Under the pieces are notes generated by a model. It was not told the DNA's origin and did not search any database. It saw only the letters and a list, made by a program, of their open reading frames with translations. 38,929 bases of DNA from contig CATISI010000088.1 of NCBI GenBank assembly GCA_949538025.1, positions 1 to 38,929 of the forward strand. The letters are read 5' to 3'. This stretch comes from Candidatus Poseidoniaceae archaeon (lineage in GTDB: Archaea > Thermoplasmatota > Poseidoniia > Poseidoniales > Poseidoniaceae). The position numbers and the translations under genes are program-made. This document shows, piece after piece, positions 25,601 through 34,297 of this stretch (its first letter is position 1; every line of letters starts with the position of its first letter).

Positions 25601-28370
25601 ATGGTCACCACTCCGCATCGGTGTGAACCCATTGAATGGTTCGGATTTATTTGAAAACCCTGATGGTGATGGGTACGATGTCAACAAGGATGGTGTTCTC
25701 ACACAGAATGAGATGTTTGTCAACTACCTTGAGTATCACATTCGCTCAGGTCTCTTCTTGGATAATCAAACACTCGATGGCATGGAAATGCCGAATGGTT
25801 TCACGACAGATTTGTTTGACAACATTTCTGATTTCGGACTTCCAGAGGCTGATTTCGCCTCTCGAGCGAGCGGTGCAATCCTTGCAGGCCAAATTCCAAT
25901 TGAAAAGGGTTCGACAGATCCGTTCAGTGCTGATTCCGATGAGGATGGGATGCCGGATGGTTGGGAGATTTGGTTCGCACGATGGAACGTTATTGATGAT
26001 GAATGGACACTGAATCCGCTGCAACCGAGCGATCGATGGCTTGATGCAGATGACGATGGGATGACCAACTGGGAAGAATACAATCTCATTGATTCAAGTC
26101 TATCCGAAACGAACACCAATCGTTCATCGCCCCAATGGTTTGTCACCACGCTTGGCTCGGCCTATGCATTCCAACAGTGGCCTTCAGCGTCGACAACATA
26201 TTCCTTTGGTACCTACATGACCTCGGACCAGTACAATCTCACTGGTCCAACAGGTGACCCAAACAACGTTGATACGGATGGAGATGGCATCATCGATGGG
26301 CTTGAGTTGCTGTTCACTGCATGGAACATTTCTGCTCAAACATGGACATTGAACCCAGTCGTTGCAGGCGATGGTACTTTTGACAGCGACAACGACGGAT
26401 TGGTCGATTTGCAAGAATTTGCCCTTGCGACTTCAAACCCAGAGAACGGAATTGATGCACCAGCAGATGCTCCACTGCTTCACGAAGATGGGGACGTGCA
26501 ACAGCCAACGAAAAAGGCGCAACGAGTTTTCCAAATTCTCATATCAAAGGATTCCCGTGGAAAGCGATTGTTGGACGATTTCAACGCCTGGCAGTCCGGT
26601 GAACCTCCGAATGTGTTCATTTCTCTCCTCCTAGGAATGACAGACCCTACCAACCCGGATACCGATGATGATGGCATGTACGATGGTTTCGAGTATTGGT
26701 TCACTTCATGGGATTTGAACGAGAATCGATGGGGATTGAATCCACTGATTGAGACCGACGTCAATCTTGATTCGGACGGTGATAGTTACGATTGCAACCG
26801 AGACGGAACCATTGACCTGGACGAGCGCTACTCCAACCTGCGTGAGTGGGAAGCACGAACTTGGGGCAAGTACCTGAATAGAACCTCAGTACCTGCTTCT
26901 GTTGGTATCGTGGACTTCGGCGAGGATGCTATGAATGCGTACATCGAAGAAACAGGCATGACCATCTTGCAAGCTCGCCAAGCCTTGATTGATGACTTCA
27001 TGGCGAAAGGACCTGAGTCTGTGAGCCGAATGAGCACCATCAATTCCTTCAATGAAAACAACTTCAACCGAACTCTAGTCGGTGTATCCGACCCAACGCA
27101 TCCTGATTCTGATTCCGATGGAATTCCGGATGGCTGGGAATATTGCTACGCCCTTTACGGTATGGACAATCCAACAACTGAAAACCATTGGGCCGCAAAC
27201 CCACTGAATCCATGGGATGTGAACTATGACGGTGATTCAGACGGCTGGTATGACCGGACTGCGTTCGATGTACCTGCACCACAAGGCGAATGGTCCGATC
27301 GCGTCTTTACCCCCTCCTCGCAAGTGGTCCAGCCTGGCATCGGTGACCTACCGTTCACCAACTGGATGGAGTACGACAACGACACGCGCCCAGATTCCAA
27401 CGATAGCGACAGCGACTCTGAGTCGTTCATTACAGAAACGATGAACGGTATGGTCACCGCACATTACCAAGATTTCAATCTGACAGATGGACGTGAAGTG
27501 TTCAAGTATGGTACGAACCCAATGGACAACGACACGGATGGCGATATGATTCCTGATTGGTATGAGTATGCCAAGGCTTGGAATGAATCCAACGACAATT
27601 ATTCATCGTTTTTGCAGATTCGAGTTGATTGGATCGATCCCGGTACTGGCGGACCTTGTGACACCTCGACGAATTCATGTTTACCTTTGTCGTTGGATGC
27701 TGGAGTCCTTGGCCGTCCAGACCTTTCCTACACGTGGTTTACCATGGATCCCAGAGATGCAATCGATGCCAACGAAGATGCAGATCAAGATGGAAATTGG
27801 GATTGTTCTGGTGTCGGTTGTGTGTATGAACCCTACACAAATTTCCAAGAGTATTTTGCCATCACGAGCGAGCAACTATCAAGCCCGAATGCCGTACGCC
27901 TATCCGGCTTGACCTACCAAGGTGAGGTTCTACAAGAGGGATGGCAGTTGCGTGCACTCTTGCTGGGTTTGGGCCAGTGGGATGAGGGTGTGAAGAACTA
28001 TCTCAAGATGGACAAATCACAGAGTTCCGATTTCCGTTATGCCTACATCGTCAACGATAACGATGTCGATTTCCTTGTTCAAGATGCATCCAACCACGTT
28101 GTACTCAGTGGTGGTAATCTCACCGATCCTTGGGAGATTTACTACACGGGCGCTCCGAATACCGCCCCAGTACGTGCCGTTGGGGAGCACGAATTCGGAT
28201 GGTATCTCTTGGACTACAACGATGATCACGTCGCTGAAGGAACCGATCCTACCAATTGGGATACGGACGGCGATTGGATGGTAGATTGGTTCGAAGTCAA
28301 CGATGATGAACAGGACGGAAGTCGGGGTGAAACTTCTCCAATCCGGTACGATTCACGTCAAACCACATAG
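22620..28370 (+). CDS. Giant (1916 aa) secreted or N-terminally anchored protein built from thrombospondin-type-3-like calcium-binding repeats, with a central propeller-like region
   Basis: An in-frame TAG at 22617 excludes any earlier start, so the start is GTG 22620 or TTG 22629. The N-terminus is RRSQTTLLTSLAVIAGLLFMSQF. At least 13 DxDxDGxPDGWE-type units were counted by eye, e.g. DTDGDGIPDVHE (from nt 22767), DTDGDGMPDGFE, DSDSDGMPDGWELAYGLDP, DTDGDGMPDGWEIEH, DSDEDGMPDGWEIWF, DSDSDGIPDGWEYCY and DTDGDWMVDWFE. Reg_prop-like strands (LWIGTPSGLHRLN, ILVGSSDGLWVLAG, LYIGTERGMMTLES) occur at about aa 380-760. Confidence 0.85.
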   Translation: MIVLRRSQTTLLTSLAVIAGLLFMSQFPVISPVSNVHPDDTFGEKPPTTDTDGDGIPDVHENIFEEWINFSAVDGRLVTMKGLDKSDASDADFDVDRDGLNNTEEYCWPYPDNCNDPGFSRGLTGTLDENGDRIYLDPRVSDTDGDGMPDGFEAWMCDRAGGFDEVTQRYVCPYFDPLNASDQTDDPDEDGFDVNRDGFLTVAEQYTSPEEYRYGMPGNFTHELDGLWCSATLPQGSVLTQWPFITNGANASFVNILPACTSNATGVVGEDLWLGTDPLLDDSDRYSWDGFAIRPLYPSFGDGMPDGWEVHFGLNPLNRSNALLDDDRDGWDLNRDGLVSADVSRTDTAIALGESLSNLEEFYTHNDEGNTVRSGLREVQLGVNDSSFKEYPLIFNAIPGSLSVMHHDVRSILVEGSTGYYLTRYGMTTIDYETETTQDQWFPQGITGYEAAFVESENGPHSVAIATSHGIHVAALQVDGFVEPIESWSSTEAVEVFALQQLAIEGSSQQLIALGSNGDGMVVEVNAGGQITQTYELGSNLKSALMQDEVVVTELEHGNVPGGGLVLYIGTERGMMTLESATGRDDASPTWRFFFDANPSNIPNRIDDLRTLNLGATGNPAEVQALVLDGPNPQNPTALWIGTPSGLHRLNLELNDMSFGDLLEHPGGDADELAKSNNIHSIYPTGNEILVGSSDGLWVLAGNYLDVYGLQSNSEMPGEIASIAIMERDGETYILGASAPGRFANLELMDPGANDSDSDGMPDGWELAYGLDPTDPWDALLDGDVDGLRLNGGDEIDRWWTNLEEYRYVARTVDGYNSTMPNQSDSDMDGLMDGAEFFGYYLSETNFDCYYTPQLVYTCDEALGEQARTTYSSLNSIDVGTDPTVLDTDGDGMPDGWEIEHRRWVGNSFTGGNNWSLDPTRADDAAWDADQDGLANLCEYQWSLVRKAGLQGDLFEEFGESPEAVATWSVPDPNLVDSDGDTLPDGWEADAQCTWSPLRIGVNPLNGSDLFENPDGDGYDVNKDGVLTQNEMFVNYLEYHIRSGLFLDNQTLDGMEMPNGFTTDLFDNISDFGLPEADFASRASGAILAGQIPIEKGSTDPFSADSDEDGMPDGWEIWFARWNVIDDEWTLNPLQPSDRWLDADDDGMTNWEEYNLIDSSLSETNTNRSSPQWFVTTLGSAYAFQQWPSASTTYSFGTYMTSDQYNLTGPTGDPNNVDTDGDGIIDGLELLFTAWNISAQTWTLNPVVAGDGTFDSDNDGLVDLQEFALATSNPENGIDAPADAPLLHEDGDVQQPTKKAQRVFQILISKDSRGKRLLDDFNAWQSGEPPNVFISLLLGMTDPTNPDTDDDGMYDGFEYWFTSWDLNENRWGLNPLIETDVNLDSDGDSYDCNRDGTIDLDERYSNLREWEARTWGKYLNRTSVPASVGIVDFGEDAMNAYIEETGMTILQARQALIDDFMAKGPESVSRMSTINSFNENNFNRTLVGVSDPTHPDSDSDGIPDGWEYCYALYGMDNPTTENHWAANPLNPWDVNYDGDSDGWYDRTAFDVPAPQGEWSDRVFTPSSQVVQPGIGDLPFTNWMEYDNDTRPDSNDSDSDSESFITETMNGMVTAHYQDFNLTDGREVFKYGTNPMDNDTDGDMIPDWYEYAKAWNESNDNYSSFLQIRVDWIDPGTGGPCDTSTNSCLPLSLDAGVLGRPDLSYTWFTMDPRDAIDANEDADQDGNWDCSGVGCVYEPYTNFQEYFAITSEQLSSPNAVRLSGLTYQGEVLQEGWQLRALLLGLGQWDEGVKNYLKMDKSQSSDFRYAYIVNDNDVDFLVQDASNHVVLSGGNLTDPWEIYYTGAPNTAPVRAVGEHEFGWYLLDYNDDHVAEGTDPTNWDTDGDWMVDWFEVNDDEQDGSRGETSPIRYDSRQTT

Positions 28371-28418
28371 TGACCGCAGAGCAAACGCTTGATAATCCTT
28401 CAAGCACTGGGTTGTAAC

Positions 28419-31400
28419 ATGAGTGTAAACGCTGTCTCTCAACGCTCCATTGCTGTTGTGCTTCTCGCACTGTTCATTGGAATGAGTTTTTCTCCGTTTG
28501 GAGAGTTGTGGATTGAGCAAGCAGAGGCTGCAGAAGTGGCTCGTCACACTTACGAATTCAGCGATGGCACGACAGAGTACATTGCACTCTATCAAGGCGG
28601 TAACGCTGATACTGGAGCAAAGATTGCTCTGCCAAAAGGAGCCCAAGTAACAGATGTTCAGATGACCTTGTCCGGTGCATCGGCGACCGGATGGTCCTCG
28701 ATTCCAACGACAACGCGTGATCATTGGGTTGCTGGAGATGCATCGAATACGGACAACCAGAGTGCAGACCTGACGCTTGCTATGGCCAACTCGAGTCATG
28801 CATTCAATGCCCATGGCATGGATGAGGACATCAATCCATCCAGCACAGCATGGCTCGACAACGGCACCTACGCTGTACGTCAACCTCATACCTCCAATTC
28901 AACGGATGCACTCTTCTCTCAGCAACTGAAACTCAGTCCAAACTCGCTCAACGCACAAGGACAAGGGGCAGTTTTGCGACATCACGACTGGTTGTACCTC
29001 TCGACCTGGTCCTCGACAAGTTTCCACAACATCGTACACCGTCTATATCCAAACAACGGGACTCGTGAAAGCATCATTACGCTCGATCAAAACGGCTGTA
29101 CGCTTCCAAACAAACATTCCTCAACCTACTATGGGCAATGGGGTTTCCGTGATTGGGTTGTAACGGATGATGAGCGCTTGTACGCCATCCTTTCCGGCTA
29201 CAAGTACTTCTACACGTCGACTGCAAATACGCTGTATCATCGCGTTCTTGAATTCGACATATCGAATGAGAACGAATGGGTTTGCATCGATTCGTTCCAG
29301 CCACAAGGGAATGGTGATTACACAGGCATTACCTACGATCCCGTTGAAGATACAATTTGGATTCTACACAATCAAAACAGAAGGATTCAATCCTACACGG
29401 TCAGTGCTACTGGTGATTTCGAACGTGGTGACCAATACTTCACATTCCAAACCTCATCATCCTCGATTTGGCAATGTGGCGTTACCAATCAACAAGCTCG
29501 TGGCCTTGAGATGAATCAAACCCATTTCTTCATGCGATGTCAAGATGGTAACTACTACAACGATCGTGATCAACTTGAGTCATGGGGTCGCTCAGGCAGT
29601 GCAGTTGCCTTGATTCCTGAAAACACCGTCCGCAGCATTTCATCCTTGGGATACGGTTTATTCTATGATGGTCGGCGTTTCATCACAGTCGATTCCGGTT
29701 ATTCAACATGGTCAAGCAGTCCATCGTACCACGAGTTTGGAACAAGTTGGCAGTACAAAACAACACCTGCTCCGGGTACAACGACATGGTTTGGCCCGGT
29801 GATTGAAACACCAGACGATGTTCTATCGGTCAACATGGAAACACTTTGGTCTGCGACTTCCATTGGTGACCGCGTTGATTACTGGGTTTCAGCTGACAAT
29901 GGAACTCATTGGGTTTCTGTTGAATCGAACACAACGGTGCATTTCCAACATCCCGGAAAAGAACTGGTCTGGAAGGCAACACTCATTGGTTCCACTGCAG
30001 TATCATGGTGGGTCGATCTGGAATATGCTACCGAATACGAATCGAGCGGAATATGGATTTCACCTGCCAAACCTACCGGAACCAAAGTGGGCAAAGTTCG
30101 TCCCGTATGGGTTGCAACCACAGATGCTGCAACTGATATCACGGTTCAGGTTTCCAACGACGATGGTTCAACTTGGCAACCTGCTGCCAATCTCGTTGAG
30201 ACGAGTTTCTCAACCGATGGTGCAGGTAACGTTCTGCGTTACGCAGTAACCATGACCTCCACGGACAGGTTCAAGACACCCGTTATGGACAGCCTTGAAA
30301 TGTTCTATGAGGAAGGATATCCTGATCGGCCAAGGATAGACGTTGGAGCCGATGGAACCTTTGATTGGGAGAGTATTCTGTTCCTCAATGAATCTGCTAT
30401 TGATGTCAGCGATGATTCAGAAGTTGGGGTTGAAGTGGCCTCCCAACCAACGCTTGTCAATGCCTTCAACGACTACATTCCTGACAACGGGGACGGCACA
30501 GTTGAGGTTCCACTTGCCATCAAGGCACAGACCTCTGGTCGGGTCAAAATCACGAACATCGACATCGCCTACAAGATGAACACGCATGCCATCAGTGCGG
30601 CATTTGAAGGAGGTATGGCAGCACCTGATGGGATTGCACGGAACCTCATCATCAAAGTCGCTCATGGTGATGAAGTCAATTTCGTGACTGAGGTCACTGC
30701 CTCACTCAACAACTCCCATGGTCAAAATCCAACCTTCAAGTGGCAACAAGGCGATTCCTGCAGCACATTGAACGACGCTGGTGGTATCGTTTCCTTTGAC
30801 ACTGCAAATTGCTCTTCGTTCCTCGACGCGAATGATGTAAGGACAATCCGGATTCCTGTGACTGTTGACTGGAGTTGGGACGATGAGGCAGCCACTGAGG
30901 CACTGCTCACCGTGAAAGATTCGTTGGGTACGGCAGTCAACAACTGGAAAACTGAAAATATGCGTATGCGGGTTGAGAACGACATTCAGCTCGATGGTCT
31001 ACAAGTCTTTGATGAAACTGGCCGACAGTTGTTTGCCCAAGATTGGGTGAGAGGAGGGCAGAATCTCTCCTTCCTTGGGAAGATTCACTTTGAGTCATCG
31101 CAACTCTCTCCTCTTTCAGGTGAGTTCAATTTGCGAGTGATTGGCCAAAACGTCACTTATGATGGTGACCCAATCGACCAACCAATTGTTCTCGCTGAAG
31201 AATCCAATCCGAACTTTGGCTCGTACAATTTGACGTTCATGTCCCCTATTGAATCGAGTCCGGGTGGTATGGTGTTCTCTGTCGAAGCCGTCAACTTGCC
31301 AAATGGTTCAACCTTCACGAACCCAGGGTACAACACCATTCGACTTGTTCTCGATGGAAATTCACCCCTTGTGTTGGGCGTGATGCCTTTTGATGGCCAA

Positions 31401-33809
31401 GAGCGCCATGCTGGGCCACCTGCCCCTGGTGGTCAAGCGGTCACGGTCAACATTCAGGACAGCGTTGATCCGCCTACACAAATCAGCCTCCACTATTGGG
31501 TAGGGTGCAAATCCACCGTAGCAATTGGATGTCACGATTTCAATTTTGACGGCCTACCGCAAGAAGATGAGTACGCTGAGAAAATCCTCTCGTCTCCAGA
31601 AACCATCGCTGGTGGTCTCAACATCTTCAACGGTCTCGTTGACGACTCAATGCTTGAACATGGACAAGTTGTGTCAATGTATGTAAGCGGCAAGGACGGT
31701 CAACAAAATCAGGTTGCCATGGGTGGTGGGCCTGTCTGTCCACCAACGCCGCAGGTATGTGGATATGCGCCTGGCCAAATCTTGCCAAACTGGGACGCAG
31801 ATGCATCAACGTACCGGATTCGACAAGAATTCGAACCTGTCGTTGATTTGACCAATTCAAGCATTGTTGGACACGAAGATGAGCAACCTCTTCACCCCGG
31901 CATTATGTACACGGCTCAGGTGGTCCTTTCTGACCGAAATGGATGGGATGACATCCAATTTGTACAATTCGCTCTCGGTGAAGATGTCAACGATGACGAA
32001 ACCTCGATTTTCATCCAACTCGAAGAAGATGAGAATGGTATGCCAAAGGCTCGACTCGAGTCTGGCGGGGAATACATCGCTGTCTCCAACCTTTATTCAC
32101 AGGTCTCCACGTTCGGTGACGATGCCAATCAGTTACTGATTCGTGCGCGATTCCAGTTGACATGGTCGTTCCCTGAGGTTTACGATACCGATGGTCTCGA
32201 ACATTTTATTCCAGTCCTCAAGGTAACCGACAAACCTTGTAACGAGGGTGAAACAACTCCATGTTTCTCCAAGATCAGTGGTTTGGGTTCCAACGCTTGG
32301 AGTCTTGACAACGACTTCCGATTCTACACCGAACCCGGCCACATCAAGGCTGTTGAACTTCGCGACGGTACCAATCACTACAACGATGAAGCGGACGAGA
32401 CACTGATTGGGAGCGGTCAAGCGCTTCGAGTTACCGGACGTGTCTTGTTTAGCGAGGATGAGACACCTGCTCCTCCGGGTGCTTTCGATGTCGTATTTGG
32501 TGATTTTGATCACGTATGGAGAACCTCTCCTCGAGACAACGGTGAATTCAGCCTTGACTTGTTGGTTCCTGCGGTAAATTCGGGTCACCTTGACCTCCGC
32601 TTGCGTCTTGATGACTTACCAGGGCTGGCTCAAGATGAAACCAACCCACTGCCACGTGTGCGCTTTGCAGTCGACAGTTCAAATCCGACCATTCAAACAG
32701 TCATGTTGAACGAAGTTCCTGCTGGTTCACCTCTTTCAATCGGTGAGGCAAACTCGCTACAAGTCATGCTCGAAACCGTTGACGACAACGGTTTCGATAT
32801 GGACAATCCTGCAGTCTTGCATTACCGAATTCGTGCAGGAGAAGCTGAAATCTCTCGTGGAGCGACTGCGTTGCCTGAGACGCTTCCGTTTGGCGACCAA
32901 TTCTTCTGGACTGGTGAAATTGATTTGACCGATATGGGCGCTACAATGCTACTTCCATCCTACGTCGTTGATGTATGGGTCTCTGGTTCGGATGCTACAG
33001 GAAATCCATTCGATACATCCAACAACAACATTGACCAGCCATTCGCAACGTGGCCATTGTCCCTTCTTGGGCCGAGTATTTCCTTCACTCATCCAGAAAC
33101 AGAAATCGAATGGAGCAATCCCAGCCCAACCCGCGGTGAGACCTCTGAACTTGAAATCAGCATCCTCAACGAAGGTGGAAAGGGCAATGTTCGCTTTGTT
33201 CTTCAGCGGTTGGTCGATACCGGTTACTGGAACGAAGAAGCAAACACGAGCATGCCTGTTTCTGCTGGTATCACTGCTGTTGCTTCGATACCAATCGTAG
33301 CGAACGTGGAAGCAGGAGAATCGCAAGCATATCGGTTGTTGGTCCTTGTCGATGGTGTTGAGATGGATCGTTACAACGTTGACCCACTCATTGTCAAGAA
33401 AGACACAGTTCGTGATGGTGATGCGCTTGCACAGCAAGCGAGTGATGGTCAATTTGCCATCTTCATGTATCTTGTTGCAGTTGCTTCTCTCTCTGCATTC
33501 CTATGGATGCTTGTCATGTATCGAAAGATGAAGTATGGTGATGATGAATTCGAAGCAGACCAAACAGAAGCCGTTGCTGAGGAGATGCAACTGAAGGAGG
33601 TTCCCGAGTTGAAGGTTCAGCCCGCTCTACCACCGAAACCAACTCAAGTTCCTGCACCAGTTGCTCAACCGACGCCTCAACCGTCCATCCAACCGGATCC
33701 ACGAGGAATTGCTCCACTGCCACCAACCGGCCTTCCTGAAGGTTGGACGCAGGAGCAATGGAATCACTTTGGCTGGAAGTATATTGAAGGATTCTCAAAG
33801 AATCGATAG
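28419..33809 (+). CDS. Giant (~1796 aa) surface protein of unknown family: signal peptide, two BNR/Asp-boxes, CARDB-like membrane-proximal domain, TM helix, Pro-rich tail
   Basis: I prefer ATG 28419 (MSVNAVSQRSIAVVLLALFIGMSFSPF...AEAAEV) over the TTG at 28389. Asp-boxes are SADNGTHW (nt 29889-29912) and SNDDGSTW (nt 30153-30176). The CARDB-like segment is GETSELEISILNEGGKGNVRFVLQRL. The TM helix FAIFMYLVAVASLSAFLWMLVMY is at nt 33453-33521, followed by a 95-aa tail. Confidence 0.8.
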   Translation: MSVNAVSQRSIAVVLLALFIGMSFSPFGELWIEQAEAAEVARHTYEFSDGTTEYIALYQGGNADTGAKIALPKGAQVTDVQMTLSGASATGWSSIPTTTRDHWVAGDASNTDNQSADLTLAMANSSHAFNAHGMDEDINPSSTAWLDNGTYAVRQPHTSNSTDALFSQQLKLSPNSLNAQGQGAVLRHHDWLYLSTWSSTSFHNIVHRLYPNNGTRESIITLDQNGCTLPNKHSSTYYGQWGFRDWVVTDDERLYAILSGYKYFYTSTANTLYHRVLEFDISNENEWVCIDSFQPQGNGDYTGITYDPVEDTIWILHNQNRRIQSYTVSATGDFERGDQYFTFQTSSSSIWQCGVTNQQARGLEMNQTHFFMRCQDGNYYNDRDQLESWGRSGSAVALIPENTVRSISSLGYGLFYDGRRFITVDSGYSTWSSSPSYHEFGTSWQYKTTPAPGTTTWFGPVIETPDDVLSVNMETLWSATSIGDRVDYWVSADNGTHWVSVESNTTVHFQHPGKELVWKATLIGSTAVSWWVDLEYATEYESSGIWISPAKPTGTKVGKVRPVWVATTDAATDITVQVSNDDGSTWQPAANLVETSFSTDGAGNVLRYAVTMTSTDRFKTPVMDSLEMFYEEGYPDRPRIDVGADGTFDWESILFLNESAIDVSDDSEVGVEVASQPTLVNAFNDYIPDNGDGTVEVPLAIKAQTSGRVKITNIDIAYKMNTHAISAAFEGGMAAPDGIARNLIIKVAHGDEVNFVTEVTASLNNSHGQNPTFKWQQGDSCSTLNDAGGIVSFDTANCSSFLDANDVRTIRIPVTVDWSWDDEAATEALLTVKDSLGTAVNNWKTENMRMRVENDIQLDGLQVFDETGRQLFAQDWVRGGQNLSFLGKIHFESSQLSPLSGEFNLRVIGQNVTYDGDPIDQPIVLAEESNPNFGSYNLTFMSPIESSPGGMVFSVEAVNLPNGSTFTNPGYNTIRLVLDGNSPLVLGVMPFDGQERHAGPPAPGGQAVTVNIQDSVDPPTQISLHYWVGCKSTVAIGCHDFNFDGLPQEDEYAEKILSSPETIAGGLNIFNGLVDDSMLEHGQVVSMYVSGKDGQQNQVAMGGGPVCPPTPQVCGYAPGQILPNWDADASTYRIRQEFEPVVDLTNSSIVGHEDEQPLHPGIMYTAQVVLSDRNGWDDIQFVQFALGEDVNDDETSIFIQLEEDENGMPKARLESGGEYIAVSNLYSQVSTFGDDANQLLIRARFQLTWSFPEVYDTDGLEHFIPVLKVTDKPCNEGETTPCFSKISGLGSNAWSLDNDFRFYTEPGHIKAVELRDGTNHYNDEADETLIGSGQALRVTGRVLFSEDETPAPPGAFDVVFGDFDHVWRTSPRDNGEFSLDLLVPAVNSGHLDLRLRLDDLPGLAQDETNPLPRVRFAVDSSNPTIQTVMLNEVPAGSPLSIGEANSLQVMLETVDDNGFDMDNPAVLHYRIRAGEAEISRGATALPETLPFGDQFFWTGEIDLTDMGATMLLPSYVVDVWVSGSDATGNPFDTSNNNIDQPFATWPLSLLGPSISFTHPETEIEWSNPSPTRGETSELEISILNEGGKGNVRFVLQRLVDTGYWNEEANTSMPVSAGITAVASIPIVANVEAGESQAYRLLVLVDGVEMDRYNVDPLIVKKDTVRDGDALAQQASDGQFAIFMYLVAVASLSAFLWMLVMYRKMKYGDDEFEADQTEAVAEEMQLKEVPELKVQPALPPKPTQVPAPVAQPTPQPSIQPDPRGIAPLPPTGLPEGWTQEQWNHFGWKYIEGFSKNR

Positions 33810-33819
33810 GTGTTGACAA

Positions 33820-34257
33820 ATGTCAGCAACGGATTCAATGGTGACGCTCCAAGAGCGCATGGTGAATCTAATTGGCCAATTGACCATGCCCGTAGCTGAA
33901 GTTGCCCTCGTTTTGCAACATCACATTCAGGGCTTGCTCGGTTCGCTCAATGAGTACGTTGAGAAAACGGGAGCATCAATCAGTGAGCAGGTTGCTCGAC
34001 CTTGGCCAATCGAGGAAAACAATGTGGACAATAACCCAATCACTTTCGATGTTGAAAAAGTACTGAAGATTGTTGACCAAGATCGGATGGATATTCTTTC
34101 AACACTCATTCGTGTGACACTCGTGGAAACAAAAATGAACCTTGTTGAAGGTATTCTTGCTCTACGCTCATGGGAGCAACTTGTACGGCAACAACTTGCA
34201 GATGCAACAGGGCCTGGTCAATTGTTCTCGCCGATTGAATTGCCAGAAGAGTGGTAA
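33820..34257 (+). CDS. Small (145 aa) acidic, probably helical cytoplasmic protein of unknown function
   Basis: The ATG lies 10 bp after the giant gene's stop and is preceded by GGTG. There is no signal peptide or TM segment. The sequence is amphipathic and helix-like throughout, and the C-terminus is ...IELPEEW. Confidence 0.6.
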   Translation: MSATDSMVTLQERMVNLIGQLTMPVAEVALVLQHHIQGLLGSLNEYVEKTGASISEQVARPWPIEENNVDNNPITFDVEKVLKIVDQDRMDILSTLIRVTLVETKMNLVEGILALRSWEQLVRQQLADATGPGQLFSPIELPEEW

Positions 34258-34297
34258 TGGACAGACGTTTTAGAACAGAGAGTGCTGAGTGGGGTGT

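Noticed and set aside
22767-28300. Recurrent GACGGAGATGG(N)ATGCC(N)GATGG DNA segments considered as a CRISPR or tandem DNA repeat
   Set aside because: The copies are in-frame, irregularly spaced and degenerate at the third codon position. They encode the DxDxDGxPDGWE protein repeat, so this is not a CRISPR array or satellite.
32133-33452. Minus-strand ORFs 32133-32588 (151 aa) and 32949-33452 (167 aa)
   Set aside because: Both lie antisense within the 1796-aa gene. They have no SD and no motifs, and their composition mirrors the sense strand.
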